Shown: positions 19,304-28,370 of the stretch, in pieces
Layout: the number at the start of each line of letters is the position of its first letter
Position numbering within the stretch: the first letter of the stretch is position 1
Source: a virus
DNA: 64,000 bases
Virus record (IMG/VR): IMGVR_UViG_3300010278_000003
Reading direction: 5' to 3' (one strand)
Made by a program: the position numbers and the translations under genes
Notes under the pieces: generated by a model
Seen by the model: the letters and a program-made list of their open reading frames with translations, nothing else
What the model was told of the DNA's origin: nothing
Databases searched by the model: none

Positions 19304-20062
19304 ATGTTAGAGATTAACAAAATATACAATGAAGATTGTCTTGAAGGTATGAAAAAGATTGATGATAAATCAGTCGATTTTATCTTCACGGATCTGCCAT
19401 TTTCAACAACCCAGAATTCATGGGATGTATTAATTCCATTCGAGCCGTTATGGGAACAATATGAGAGAATCATCAAAGATAATGGTTGTATTGCATTATG
19501 GGCACAGTCACCATTTGATAAGAGACTCGCTTGTAGTAATGAAAAGTTATATCGTTATGAATGGATTATCGAAAAAACCAAAGCAACTGGTCATCTAAAT
19601 GCTAAGAAAATGCCTATGAAGGCACATGAAAATGTCTTGATTTTCTATAAGAAACTCCCTACATACAATCCACAAATGACAGAAGGGCATACACCTGTTC
19701 ATTCTTATACAAAGCATACAACAGATGGTAATTGTTATGGTGCTACAAAGACTGGTATTTCAGGCGGTGGCAGCACACAAAGATATCCAAGAGATGTTCT
19801 AAAATTTAAATGGGATACACAAAAGAGCAGTTTGCATCAGTGTCAAAAGCCTGTTGAAGCCTGTGAGTATTTTATCAAAACCTACACAAATCCAGGAGAT
19901 TTAGTTCTTGATTCATGTGCAGGAAGTTGTACAACTGCAGTTGCAGCTTTGAATACAGGTAGAAATTATATATGTTTTGAGAAAGACAAGGATATTTTTG
20001 AGGTTGGAAGTAAGAGAGTTACTGAGTATATCAATCAAGATTTATTGATGAGTGCGACTTAA
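19304..20062 (+). CDS. DNA methyltransferase, beta-class N6-adenine/N4-cytosine (orphan)
   Basis: Motif IV variant SVDFIFTDLPF, QKPVEA, and motif I DLVLDSCAGSCTTAVAA near the C-terminus. No restriction-enzyme partner nearby. Confidence 0.75.
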   Translation: MLEINKIYNEDCLEGMKKIDDKSVDFIFTDLPFSTTQNSWDVLIPFEPLWEQYERIIKDNGCIALWAQSPFDKRLACSNEKLYRYEWIIEKTKATGHLNAKKMPMKAHENVLIFYKKLPTYNPQMTEGHTPVHSYTKHTTDGNCYGATKTGISGGGSTQRYPRDVLKFKWDTQKSSLHQCQKPVEACEYFIKTYTNPGDLVLDSCAGSCTTAVAALNTGRNYICFEKDKDIFEVGSKRVTEYINQDLLMSAT

Positions 20063-20134
20063 AGAGAGAATAAAAACAATGAAAGGAGACGAGGTTCGTG
20101 TACACAAGAAGGAATTCCTTACTCCAAGTAATTT

Positions 20135-20857
20135 ATGAAATACGTTGGTAGCAAAAATAGATTAAGCAAAGATTTAGCACCAATTATTCAATCATATATA
20201 ACTAATGAGACGGAAGGATATTTAGAGCCTTTCGTTGGTGGTGCTAATATGATTGATAAAATTAAATGCAATAAAAGAATAGGTACAGACAATCACAAAT
20301 ATTTAATTGCTGTACTTAAAAAGTTATCGGAAGGTTGGACACCGCCAGAAGATATTACAGAAGAAAAATATAAGGATATTCAAAATAATAAAGAAGGATA
20401 TCCAGATTATTTGGTTGGATATGTTGGTTTTCAGCTTTCATATGGTGGAAAATGGTTTGGTGGGTACAGAAGAGACAAGGTTGGAAAACGTAATTACTCA
20501 TTAGAAGCATATAAAAATACTATCAAACAAATCCCAAATCTTAAAAATATTCAATTTGAAGTGTTCGACTTCAGAAATATTCCCTTAGACAAAATTAAAA
20601 ATTATGTTATTTATTGCGATATTCCGTATCGTGATACAACAAAGTATTCAACTGGAGGCTTCCCATATGAAGAATTTTACGAATGGGTTAAGAAGGCAAG
20701 CGTAAATAATACTGTTTTAATTAGTGAGTATAACATGCCTGATGAGTTTGAATGTATCTGGCAAAAAGAAACTAAAACGCTTTTGGATAGTAATAAAGAA
20801 AAAAGCGATGATAAGAATATTAGAATTGAAAAGTTATTTACATATAGTGGAGAATAA
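20135..20857 (+). CDS. DNA adenine methyltransferase, Dam/D12 class (orphan)
   Basis: YVGSKNRL N-terminus, EPFVGGANM (motif I) and YCDIPY (DPPY-like), the typical MethyltransfD12 arrangement. Confidence 0.7.
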   Translation: MKYVGSKNRLSKDLAPIIQSYITNETEGYLEPFVGGANMIDKIKCNKRIGTDNHKYLIAVLKKLSEGWTPPEDITEEKYKDIQNNKEGYPDYLVGYVGFQLSYGGKWFGGYRRDKVGKRNYSLEAYKNTIKQIPNLKNIQFEVFDFRNIPLDKIKNYVIYCDIPYRDTTKYSTGGFPYEEFYEWVKKASVNNTVLISEYNMPDEFECIWQKETKTLLDSNKEKSDDKNIRIEKLFTYSGE

Positions 20858-20861
20858 TAAA

Positions 20862-21026
20862 ATGTTCAACGTAAAAGAGTTGGTAATAGAAAAAATTATT
20901 TCTTGTAATGTTTGCGATGCAGAAGGAAAGATAATCGGTGAAACAACACGATCTCTTGATGATGAGCCTATTTGTCACGATTATAAAAACGATGACAATA
21001 TCACAAAGATAATAGATAAAAACTAA
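20862..21026 (+). CDS. small hypothetical protein (54 aa)
   Basis: ATG 20862 after GGAGAA. The track ORF 20724 overlaps the upstream gene. Confidence 0.35.
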   Translation: MFNVKELVIEKIISCNVCDAEGKIIGETTRSLDDEPICHDYKNDDNITKIIDKN

Positions 21027-21127
21027 AAGGAAATTTTGGTTTCTTGGCTTGTCACGAAAACTATACAATATTCAGGACAAGCCAAGTAAAACCACGTTTC
21101 ATTCGGTCGTGAAAGTAGGTGAGAAAT

Positions 21128-21406
21128 ATGAACAAACGACAGAAAAAGAAGTTATTCAAGCAGACACTTATTAAGGTTAGAAAATTGCATCCACAGAAAG
21201 GTGATGTAATTTGTTTGCAACCAGATTTAGATTGGATTGATGTCGAGACTATGTGCCAGTTTATGAATTTATACGCTGACAATAAAGTTTTTGGTGAAGC
21301 AATATTGGCTTTTGTACCTGCTGATATTAAGCAACTTATACATAAAAAGGACGCTCAGATATTTATTGATAAGTTACAGAGCATTGTAGATCGGATGGTA
21401 GAATAA
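21128..21406 (+). CDS. hypothetical basic protein
   Basis: ATG 21128 (ORF 21119) after AGGTGAGAA. Confidence 0.45.
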   Translation: MNKRQKKKLFKQTLIKVRKLHPQKGDVICLQPDLDWIDVETMCQFMNLYADNKVFGEAILAFVPADIKQLIHKKDAQIFIDKLQSIVDRMVE

Positions 21407-21688
21407 ATGAATATACAAACAATTGAAGGTTTAGGTTATAAAATCCTCATAACTGAGTATATCACTAAAGATGTTCAAAGAAGAATTCACAAGAAAAAGC
21501 GTATTAACAAGAAGTGGTTGAAAAGATACGGCATAAAAATTATACCAGATAACACGAAAATACTTCTAGTGAATAATACACTTATGATGACAGGAAAATG
21601 TTATGAAAAACTAAGAAAATTCACAGATAAAGATGCTGATAGTATGGAAAAATTTTTGAAAGAAGCTACTAAGAAACAATCTCAATAA
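21407..21688 (+). CDS. hypothetical basic protein
   Basis: 93-aa ORF abutting the previous stop. Confidence 0.45.
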   Translation: MNIQTIEGLGYKILITEYITKDVQRRIHKKKRINKKWLKRYGIKIIPDNTKILLVNNTLMMTGKCYEKLRKFTDKDADSMEKFLKEATKKQSQ

Positions 21689-21782
21689 AGAAGCATTTCC
21701 TATTGATTTTATCTAAGAGCAATTCTGCTCACTATTTCCAAAAATAAAAGAGAGAATAACTAAATATAAGGAGGTATAAAAC

Positions 21783-22040
21783 TTGCAGATAAGAATTGTT
21801 GGTTTTAGCGATAGATATGATGATTATAAGCTTCTTGGATATACAGAAGTAGAGAATGTATCAGAAGTTTTTAAGACGCTAGACTATATGAGAAAGAACG
21901 AAATTCCATTAATAATCAATACTAATGATGTCATTGATACAGACGGAGAAGAATATTACATAGATAGTATTACAATGGTATTCCCAAAAGTGAGTGGTGA
22001 GATTGGAAGTTGTATTACTGTTTATGTGGAAGATGTTTAG
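21783..22040 (+). CDS. hypothetical protein
   Basis: TTG start after AAGGAGGTATAAAAC. 85 aa. Confidence 0.45.
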   Translation: MQIRIVGFSDRYDDYKLLGYTEVENVSEVFKTLDYMRKNEIPLIINTNDVIDTDGEEYYIDSITMVFPKVSGEIGSCITVYVEDV

Positions 22041-22052
22041 GAGAATAAATAT

Positions 22053-22520
22053 ATGAAGATAGAACTAATCAAATTAAAATTTAATGACACTCATTCATAT
22101 AAATATAAACCATTTAAGTATTGTTGTGATGAAATTCAGAATAATAAGTGCATAGAATTTACAAACGAAGACTTATCTCTATTAAAGCACATAGATGATG
22201 GTAATTTTATTCCTCAATTCTGTACTTCACATACAGAAATCATTAGATTATATGAAGATGAATGGGCACAGACAGATAATTATCCAATCCGGTTCTGTCC
22301 TCATTGCGGCGATAAAATTGAGATTTCAGTCGTAGACGAAATGGATATATCGGATCAGTACAATGAACTGACTAAGCAGCGTGAAGAATTACGGGAGAAG
22401 TGTTGGAAAACGGATAGTAAGAAAGAAGAGTCTGCGTTAAGAGAGCGGGTTGAAAAACTTGATAAGCAGATTTATAGTTTCTATTTGTTGGATGAGTGGA
22501 AAGGAGAAACTGATGAATAG
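22053..22520 (+). CDS. hypothetical Cys-rich protein
   Basis: 155-aa ORF. GGAGAATAAATAT RBS. Confidence 0.5.
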   Translation: MKIELIKLKFNDTHSYKYKPFKYCCDEIQNNKCIEFTNEDLSLLKHIDDGNFIPQFCTSHTEIIRLYEDEWAQTDNYPIRFCPHCGDKIEISVVDEMDISDQYNELTKQREELREKCWKTDSKKEESALRERVEKLDKQIYSFYLLDEWKGETDE

Positions 22521-22713
22521 AAATTTGGATGGATACTATTTTAGAATTAAAAGAGATGGAAAATGGGACAATATCTGCTGGTCTGATATGACAGATGAAG
22601 AAAGAGACGAGCAAATGACTAATCGTAGTGAGGAGTGGTTAAAGTCGCTGTGCAAGGGACTTGGTAATGTTATTCATAAGATTGGTGAAGATTTAGACAT
22701 TACGTGTGAATAA
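22513..22713 (+). CDS. hypothetical protein
   Basis: ATG 22513 (ORF 22450) after AAGGAGA, overlapping the upstream stop. Confidence 0.4.
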   Translation: MNRNLDGYYFRIKRDGKWDNICWSDMTDEERDEQMTNRSEEWLKSLCKGLGNVIHKIGEDLDITCE

Positions 22714-22774
22714 AGGTAATTTCAGGTTTCCCTTTGTTACAAAGAGAGAATATTAAAGCAGGGAGGTAGAAAAA

Positions 22775-23425
22775 ATGTCGTATTGGACTTATATCAACGG
22801 TACAATAACAGTTCGTCCTATGGGTAGAACACAGCCTGAAAAGAGATATATTCTTGAAACAGTGCTAAATCATTTGCCTAGAGTAACAGGTTCTGAGGGT
22901 GATATGGATGTATACATCATTCAGAAAAATGGTCATAATAGTTCGTGTTCATGTGATGAATTTGGCGAGGTGACAAATAATTTAACTGATTGGTACGGCA
23001 ATAAAAGTCGTAGTAGAGGAGCATTGAGAACGCAAGACGAATATATCCTTGTTGTAAATGCGGCTTTAAGAGACAGAGAATTTGAACAGACTTACAGAGA
23101 ATTTACGAAATGGTTTGTGCGACTTTGTAAAAGAGTAGGCTGTGAAGATGTTCTTGTAGAAATCAAAGGATATGATAAGTCAACTGTTATCAAAGATAGA
23201 AATATTCAGAGGAAAAAGTATTCATTTAAGAGCGTTTTTGATGGTTTATTTGAAGATCCAAGCTGGTGCAACGATAGTAAAGATGGATACAAAGAGCCTA
23301 ATTGGTGCGAATTTATGATGTACGACAGAGCAAAAAATTCTAATTATCCTATGACACTTGCTTATAAATATTTCAATGATGAAGAAAATGATAAGGAAGT
23401 TGAAAGAAGAATGAACTATAGATAA
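22775..23425 (+). CDS. hypothetical protein
   Basis: 216-aa ORF. GGGAGGTAG RBS. Confidence 0.55.
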   Translation: MSYWTYINGTITVRPMGRTQPEKRYILETVLNHLPRVTGSEGDMDVYIIQKNGHNSSCSCDEFGEVTNNLTDWYGNKSRSRGALRTQDEYILVVNAALRDREFEQTYREFTKWFVRLCKRVGCEDVLVEIKGYDKSTVIKDRNIQRKKYSFKSVFDGLFEDPSWCNDSKDGYKEPNWCEFMMYDRAKNSNYPMTLAYKYFNDEENDKEVERRMNYR

Positions 23426-23474
23426 CTTCACAAGAATGCAACATATCATTGGATTATAGAAAAGAGGTGATTAA

Positions 23475-23765
23475 GTGTTAGTACCTGCAATTTTATACAA
23501 AGAACAGATCAAGAAAGAATTTCAAAAATATTACTATACAATAGATATGTTATATGAAACCGGTTGTATGTGCAATTGGAGTCCTGAAATTGCAGAATGT
23601 CCAAATGAGAATCAGTTTCAATATGCAATAGTTGATAAGAACGAAAAACTCATTGGCTATTTAGGATATACAGTTGATTGGTATGCGTCTAAAGCATATA
23701 ACTTTGGATTGTTCTCATTTGACAGAGGAAATATCTTAGTTGGAAGAGATGTATTCGATAAATGA
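23475..23765 (+). CDS. hypothetical protein (possibly continues through in-frame TGA to 23951)
   Basis: GTG start after GAGGTGATTAA. Stop TGA 23763 is followed in frame by a 61-codon open frame with no start codon (see findings). Confidence 0.45.
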   Translation: MLVPAILYKEQIKKEFQKYYYTIDMLYETGCMCNWSPEIAECPNENQFQYAIVDKNEKLIGYLGYTVDWYASKAYNFGLFSFDRGNILVGRDVFDK

Positions 23766-23969
23766 GAAGAACTAATCAAAACATTTCATAGAGTTGAATG
23801 GCGAGCTGTTGGTGGTAATCCTGCTTGTAGAGGTTACGATAGCTTTATCAAGAGACGCAACGGAACGAAACATGTTCTGAAAGATTCAATTAAAGATAAG
23901 AATGGCGAATATCATGATGATTTTATTTATGAGATTGTGAGTGAAGAATAACATATTGGAGGCTGAAAC

Positions 23970-24368
23970 ATGATAAGTAATCCGAAACATGGATGGAGCA
24001 ATTTTGATTTAAGAGTATTTCATGGTACGCCGAGCTATTTAACAGATGTGCCAGTAGATTTATTAAATGCCTTTATTCAATATCACACAACAGGTATTGG
24101 GATGGCATGGTTTGATGAAGAGGGTACTGAGTTTACTTTAGTTATTACACCATATTCATTATTCGTTATAGAAGAAAAAGATAAGCCTGTATTACACGAT
24201 TTTTCTGAAATGAAAATAAATAATGTAGAGAAAGAACTTATAGAAGACATTGAGAAAGATTTGATTGGTTGGTCAGAATTCATTACTAGCGAGGACAGAG
24301 AAGAAGTAATTATGCATAGAGACGAGATAAGAAATAAAATCGCCACGTTGAAAGAATTAAGTAGATAA
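23970..24368 (+). CDS. hypothetical protein
   Basis: 132-aa ORF. GGAGGCTGAAAC RBS. Confidence 0.5.
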   Translation: MISNPKHGWSNFDLRVFHGTPSYLTDVPVDLLNAFIQYHTTGIGMAWFDEEGTEFTLVITPYSLFVIEEKDKPVLHDFSEMKINNVEKELIEDIEKDLIGWSEFITSEDREEVIMHRDEIRNKIATLKELSR

Positions 24369-24379
24369 GAGGTGAAATT

Positions 24380-24775
24380 ATGTATCAGAATTGTTGTAAG
24401 AAATGTGGAAGCGTTTCACTACATACAGAAGTAAAAGGTAATAATACAGGACTTTATTGTGATGATTGCGGTGCATGGATCAAATGGCTCAGAAAAGATG
24501 AGTTGAGAGCTTTTGAATATGCGAATAAATCAAGAGGTTTAAGGGCAACTGCAAAAGTTTATGATGAAGCGTTTGGTAATAATGAAGTAATTGAAAGACT
24601 TTGCAGATTTATAGATGGTATTGATAAAGCTATTGATAGTGTGTACGATAACCCAACGGCAGAACACGACAAACTTATTTATAATAATGCATATGCTTTT
24701 GCTTTAGAAAAATGTAAAGTAGGTGTCCAGAATATCATTGAAGGTAGAGAATTTAATGATTTAGGAGAGTCATAG
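24380..24775 (+). CDS. zinc-ribbon protein
   Basis: CKKCGS...CDDCGA. AGAGGTGAAATT RBS. Confidence 0.5.
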   Translation: MYQNCCKKCGSVSLHTEVKGNNTGLYCDDCGAWIKWLRKDELRAFEYANKSRGLRATAKVYDEAFGNNEVIERLCRFIDGIDKAIDSVYDNPTAEHDKLIYNNAYAFALEKCKVGVQNIIEGREFNDLGES

Positions 24776-24905
24776 GAAACCAATCTTTCATTGGAAAATT
24801 TTGGACAAATAACAACATAAATGGTAGTTGCAAATGCCATAAAATAAAAGAAAGGTAAAGATAATCCTAGGTAAAAGGTTATGTACATAACACTCAGGTA
24901 TATGA

Positions 24906-25757
24906 GTGAACCCAATTTACAATGAGTATCTTACATTCTTGCGAGATACGAGCAAACAGCCATTAGAAGACCTGAAAGAAGGTTACTTTTGGTTAGATAA
25001 ATCCATTATTAAAGGATTTGATAAGCAAGGAAATGAACATAAATTCTATCGAATAAAGATTGAAAATTCGCTTGAAAGATTGGATTGCACCAAATTGAAA
25101 TCCTATGACAATATATCAGATGTGGATTTAGCAAGTTGGCAAGATTTAATCGAATTACAGAAAGAACATCTAACGCAGCTTGAAGCTGATTCATTAGAAC
25201 TAATCAAAGAAAAGACAGAGAAGTTTAATACATATACTTCAATAATTCCTGTTTCTATGGGTAAGGATTCAATGCTTACCTGTCATCTAGTCAGAAAATT
25301 ATATCCAGAAACAAAAGCAATATTTAATAATACATCGCTTGACTGTGCTGATACATACAGAATGGTTAAGACTTTTCCTAATTGTGAGATTATGAATCCT
25401 GAGAAGGGATTTTACCAATATGTAGAATCAGATCACATGATACCCACGAGATTCGCTAGATTTTGCTGTAGGATTTTTAAGGTTGGAGTTATGGTATCAC
25501 AGCTCGACCACGACCATCCGTATCTTATGTGGATGGGAATGAGAAATGAAGAATCAAATACTCGTAGTGGTTATCAGGATGAATGGATAAATGAGCAGGA
25601 ATGGGGTAAGACCTGTTGGCAAGGTATCCTTCCTATTAGAAAATGGTCAGAAATGGATGTATGGCTTTATACAATTTGGAAGAATATTGATATAAATCCT
25701 AAATACAAGAAGGGTTACTCTCGTTGTGGGTGGACTTTGTTACGCCCCTTTATATAG
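24906..25757 (+). CDS. PAPS-reductase-like (PP-loop ATP pyrophosphatase family) protein, exon 1
   Basis: PP-loop SMGKDS. The C-terminal Cys motif is broken off (…GYSRCGWT then stop). The ORF continues downstream of an intron-like region. Confidence 0.55.
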   Translation: MNPIYNEYLTFLRDTSKQPLEDLKEGYFWLDKSIIKGFDKQGNEHKFYRIKIENSLERLDCTKLKSYDNISDVDLASWQDLIELQKEHLTQLEADSLELIKEKTEKFNTYTSIIPVSMGKDSMLTCHLVRKLYPETKAIFNNTSLDCADTYRMVKTFPNCEIMNPEKGFYQYVESDHMIPTRFARFCCRIFKVGVMVSQLDHDHPYLMWMGMRNEESNTRSGYQDEWINEQEWGKTCWQGILPIRKWSEMDVWLYTIWKNIDINPKYKKGYSRCGWTLLRPFI

Positions 25758-26907
25758 AAATATATATCGAAAATGCAGTGAACACGTTTATCAGCGTGGT
25801 GTCAGATTAACGATGTTAGGAATTGTAGGAAATGACAATTAGTAATCTGGCTAACAGGGAAGCCTAAATCAAAGATGATATGGTAATCCTGTGCTAAGTC
25901 TTTTGGTCGAGACGAAAGGAAAGATAAAAATAAGTAGATTAGGAACAATTTATATTATAAGAAATAAATGTAATGGTAAAGTTTATATTGGACAGACAAC
26001 ACAATCTGTTGAGGAAAGATTTAAACAACATCTAAAACCATCTGTACATAAAAAATTCGGCAATTATAAAATTTATAGAGCAATGAATAAATATGGTTGT
26101 GATAACTTCTATTGTGAAGTATTAGAAGAGAATATACCATATGAAAAACTCGATGAAAAAGAAGTATATTACATAGAAAAGTTTGATAGTTTTCATAATG
26201 GATACAATTCTACTCCTGGTGGTGACGAAAAAACTATTTATAAAATTGATAATGTAAATGATATTATCAATAGATTGCAGGCTGGTGAAATGATAAAAAA
26301 CATTGCAAATGATTATGATGTTTGTCCTCATACAATAAGAAGAACTTTACAAGCATATGGAATTAATACTCCAAGTGATATACAAGGTAAACATATTCGA
26401 GAAGATTTACGTACAATTCCAAGAGAAGAAATAAGGGAATTATATACAAAAGGATCATCGCATTCAGAAATTGCAAAGGAACTTGGCATAGATCAGAGAA
26501 GTGTTTCGAGAGTGGTAAAAGAACTTGGGATAGGGAAAAGAAACGTAATTGATTATAATTCGTTAGATTTAGACGCAATTTTGATTGATTTTGAAAAAGC
26601 CGAATCTGGCGAATTAAAGAAAAAAGATGTTTTGAAGAAATATGGCTTAAATCAACATTCATTAAAAGTAATTAAGAAATTAAAAAATATATCATAAACG
26701 ACCAAAAGAAAAGTCAATCGACTATTATGTAGGGCTGAGATTGATACAGCTCGAAGTGCTGCACACGAGTAATTATAGATTATTCTGAGTGATGTCCTGT
26801 CACAAACCTAACGTTAAACGAGGGTGATGATATAGTCAGTACTATATGAAAATATAGAATTATACGGTAATATTGCATGTCCATTCTATACGAAGTCTAC
26901 TTGGATT
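25758..26907 (+). other. Group I (IA2/td-like) intron carrying a GIY-YIG homing endonuclease gene; boundaries approximate
   Basis: GC-richer non-coding flanks around the homing endonuclease ORF. GTAATCTGGCTAACAGGGAAGCC…AATCCTGTGCTAAGTC resembles T4 td GTAATCTATCTAAACGGGGAACC…AATCCCGTGCTAAAT. Downstream GATATAGTC (26829) matches the conserved P7 3' element. Both flanking ORFs are fragments of one protein family. Confidence 0.6.
25891..26697 (+). CDS. GIY-YIG homing endonuclease (I-TevI-like), intron-encoded
   Basis: GTIYIIRNKCNGKVYIGQTT…R…H…E GIY-YIG module with C-terminal HTH-like repeats. The true start may be TTG 25903. Confidence 0.7.
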   Translation: MLSLLVETKGKIKISRLGTIYIIRNKCNGKVYIGQTTQSVEERFKQHLKPSVHKKFGNYKIYRAMNKYGCDNFYCEVLEENIPYEKLDEKEVYYIEKFDSFHNGYNSTPGGDEKTIYKIDNVNDIINRLQAGEMIKNIANDYDVCPHTIRRTLQAYGINTPSDIQGKHIREDLRTIPREEIRELYTKGSSHSEIAKELGIDQRSVSRVVKELGIGKRNVIDYNSLDLDAILIDFEKAESGELKKKDVLKKYGLNQHSLKVIKKLKNIS

Positions 26908-27330
26908 TTGGACAAGTATTGGTATCCACAGGCTTATGAGAGATGGAGGAATATCTTAAAAGAAGACTTCATTGCAAATAAGAAATGGATAATCATGAAC
27001 TGCACCATTGACGAATATCTCACACAGGCTTGGAATGGTGGAACATTTAGAGATGAGCCAACCGATGAAGTCATTCAGGAATTCGCTGAGTACAATGGAT
27101 TGAATGTTGGTGATATGAAAGTAGCAAGACAGTATTTTAACAAATATTGTGATGAGTGTGAAAAGAGAATAAAAGATAAGACAACGCTGGCAATGAATAT
27201 GAAATTCCATGGAAGAGATGTATCGAAGTTCTTGTGTAAGAAATGTTTTAAGAAATTATATGAGATGGACGATGAGAAGTGGAATATGTATGTCGAATCG
27301 TTTAAAAGAGACGGTTGTGCGTTGTTTTAA
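26908..27330 (+). CDS. PAPS-reductase-like protein, exon 2 (C-terminal part)
   Basis: The frame is open from 26836 (…NIACPFYTKSTW…) without an ATG, and the track start is TTG. Proposed to be joined to 24906..25757 by splicing. Confidence 0.45.
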   Translation: MDKYWYPQAYERWRNILKEDFIANKKWIIMNCTIDEYLTQAWNGGTFRDEPTDEVIQEFAEYNGLNVGDMKVARQYFNKYCDECEKRIKDKTTLAMNMKFHGRDVSKFLCKKCFKKLYEMDDEKWNMYVESFKRDGCALF

Positions 27331-27345
27331 CAGAGAATAACAAAA

Positions 27346-27390
27346 TGTGAGGTCACGAAAGCCTTGAAAAATAAGGCTTTTAAAACCTCA
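27346..27390 (+). terminator. Extended hairpin/terminator
   Basis: TGAGGT-cacg-AAAGCCTT-gaaaaat-AAGGCTTT-taaa-ACCTCA followed by AAAAG. Confidence 0.45.
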
Positions 27391-27425
27391 AAAGTCGAAT
27401 GAATTTTTTCTTTCTTTGGAGGTGA

Positions 27426-27626
27426 TTGAAAATAAATAATGGAGTAAATTACACAATCATCAGTAGACCTTCTTATATCACATTTGAGTGTCCATTTTGC
27501 CATGAAGAAGTCGAAGTGAATTTTGAAGAAGTCGATTTCAATACTGATTATTGGGGAGATGGTGCTTGGTGCGATTGTCCTGAATGTGGTGAGGAAGTGG
27601 AACTTGATGATTATGAGTACGATTAG
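27426..27626 (+). CDS. zinc-ribbon protein
   Basis: CPFC…CPEC. The only canonical start, TTG 27426, abuts GGAGGTGA with 0 spacing. ATA 27432 has proper spacing. Confidence 0.4.
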   Translation: MKINNGVNYTIISRPSYITFECPFCHEEVEVNFEEVDFNTDYWGDGAWCDCPECGEEVELDDYEYD

Positions 27627-27638
27627 GAGAATAACTAT

Positions 27639-28358
27639 ATGAATAATTTAACACATAGAGAAGAAATAAATCTTCATGAAGCAGTTCAGAAATCGTTTCC
27701 TAAAATTCTAATCAAGGATCTTACAGAGCATGAAAGAATTTGTCCTGTATGTAATGGTCTTGGAATGCGAATTGAAGACAATGTTTATGGGATTAAAGGT
27801 GACAACTCTGAAACTGGTAGAAAATATTATTTTCCATACAAGCATCAAGCACTTTCATTTTGTCAGAGTTGTTTTAATGGAGTACAGAGATTATGTCCTT
27901 ATTGTGGACAGCCTTATAAGAATCAGGGATATATGCATTGTGATTGTGAAGGACAGAAGAAAGCTGACGAAGAAGAGAGAATAAAGAAGTGGAATGAGAA
28001 AGTAGCTAAAGCAGTTTCAGTTGATGAAAAAGATGTAGATACAATGCTTTACTGTGAGGAATTTGACGAGTATTACGACACAGTTGACGATTTCTTTGAC
28101 GATTATGCATGTAATCATGAAGAAGATGATAATGAAAGACCTGTGAGATTGTGGGTAACTTCTGTTGGGAAAATTTTCATTGATGCAATCAATATCATTG
28201 AAGATGCTTGTAGTGATTTACATGAAGACGCATATGAATGGTGCGATAAGGATTCTTTACAGAAGCTATTAGATGATTGGTGTAAGGAGCAGGCAGGAAC
28301 AACTACATATTATCCTTGTTATGAACAGTATGTAGAAATTGATTGGAGTAAATATTAA
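27639..28358 (+). CDS. Cys-rich zinc-finger protein
   Basis: CPVC, CQSC, CPYC, HCDC clusters. GGAGAATAACTAT RBS. Confidence 0.55.
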   Translation: MNNLTHREEINLHEAVQKSFPKILIKDLTEHERICPVCNGLGMRIEDNVYGIKGDNSETGRKYYFPYKHQALSFCQSCFNGVQRLCPYCGQPYKNQGYMHCDCEGQKKADEEERIKKWNEKVAKAVSVDEKDVDTMLYCEEFDEYYDTVDDFFDDYACNHEEDDNERPVRLWVTSVGKIFIDAINIIEDACSDLHEDAYEWCDKDSLQKLLDDWCKEQAGTTTYYPCYEQYVEIDWSKY

Positions 28359-28370
28359 AGAGGAGAACGT

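Noticed and set aside
23763-23765. TGA as selenocysteine codon
   Set aside because: No SECIS-like hairpin is recognisable and no selenoprotein family resemblance is seen. Read-through or pseudogene is more parsimonious.
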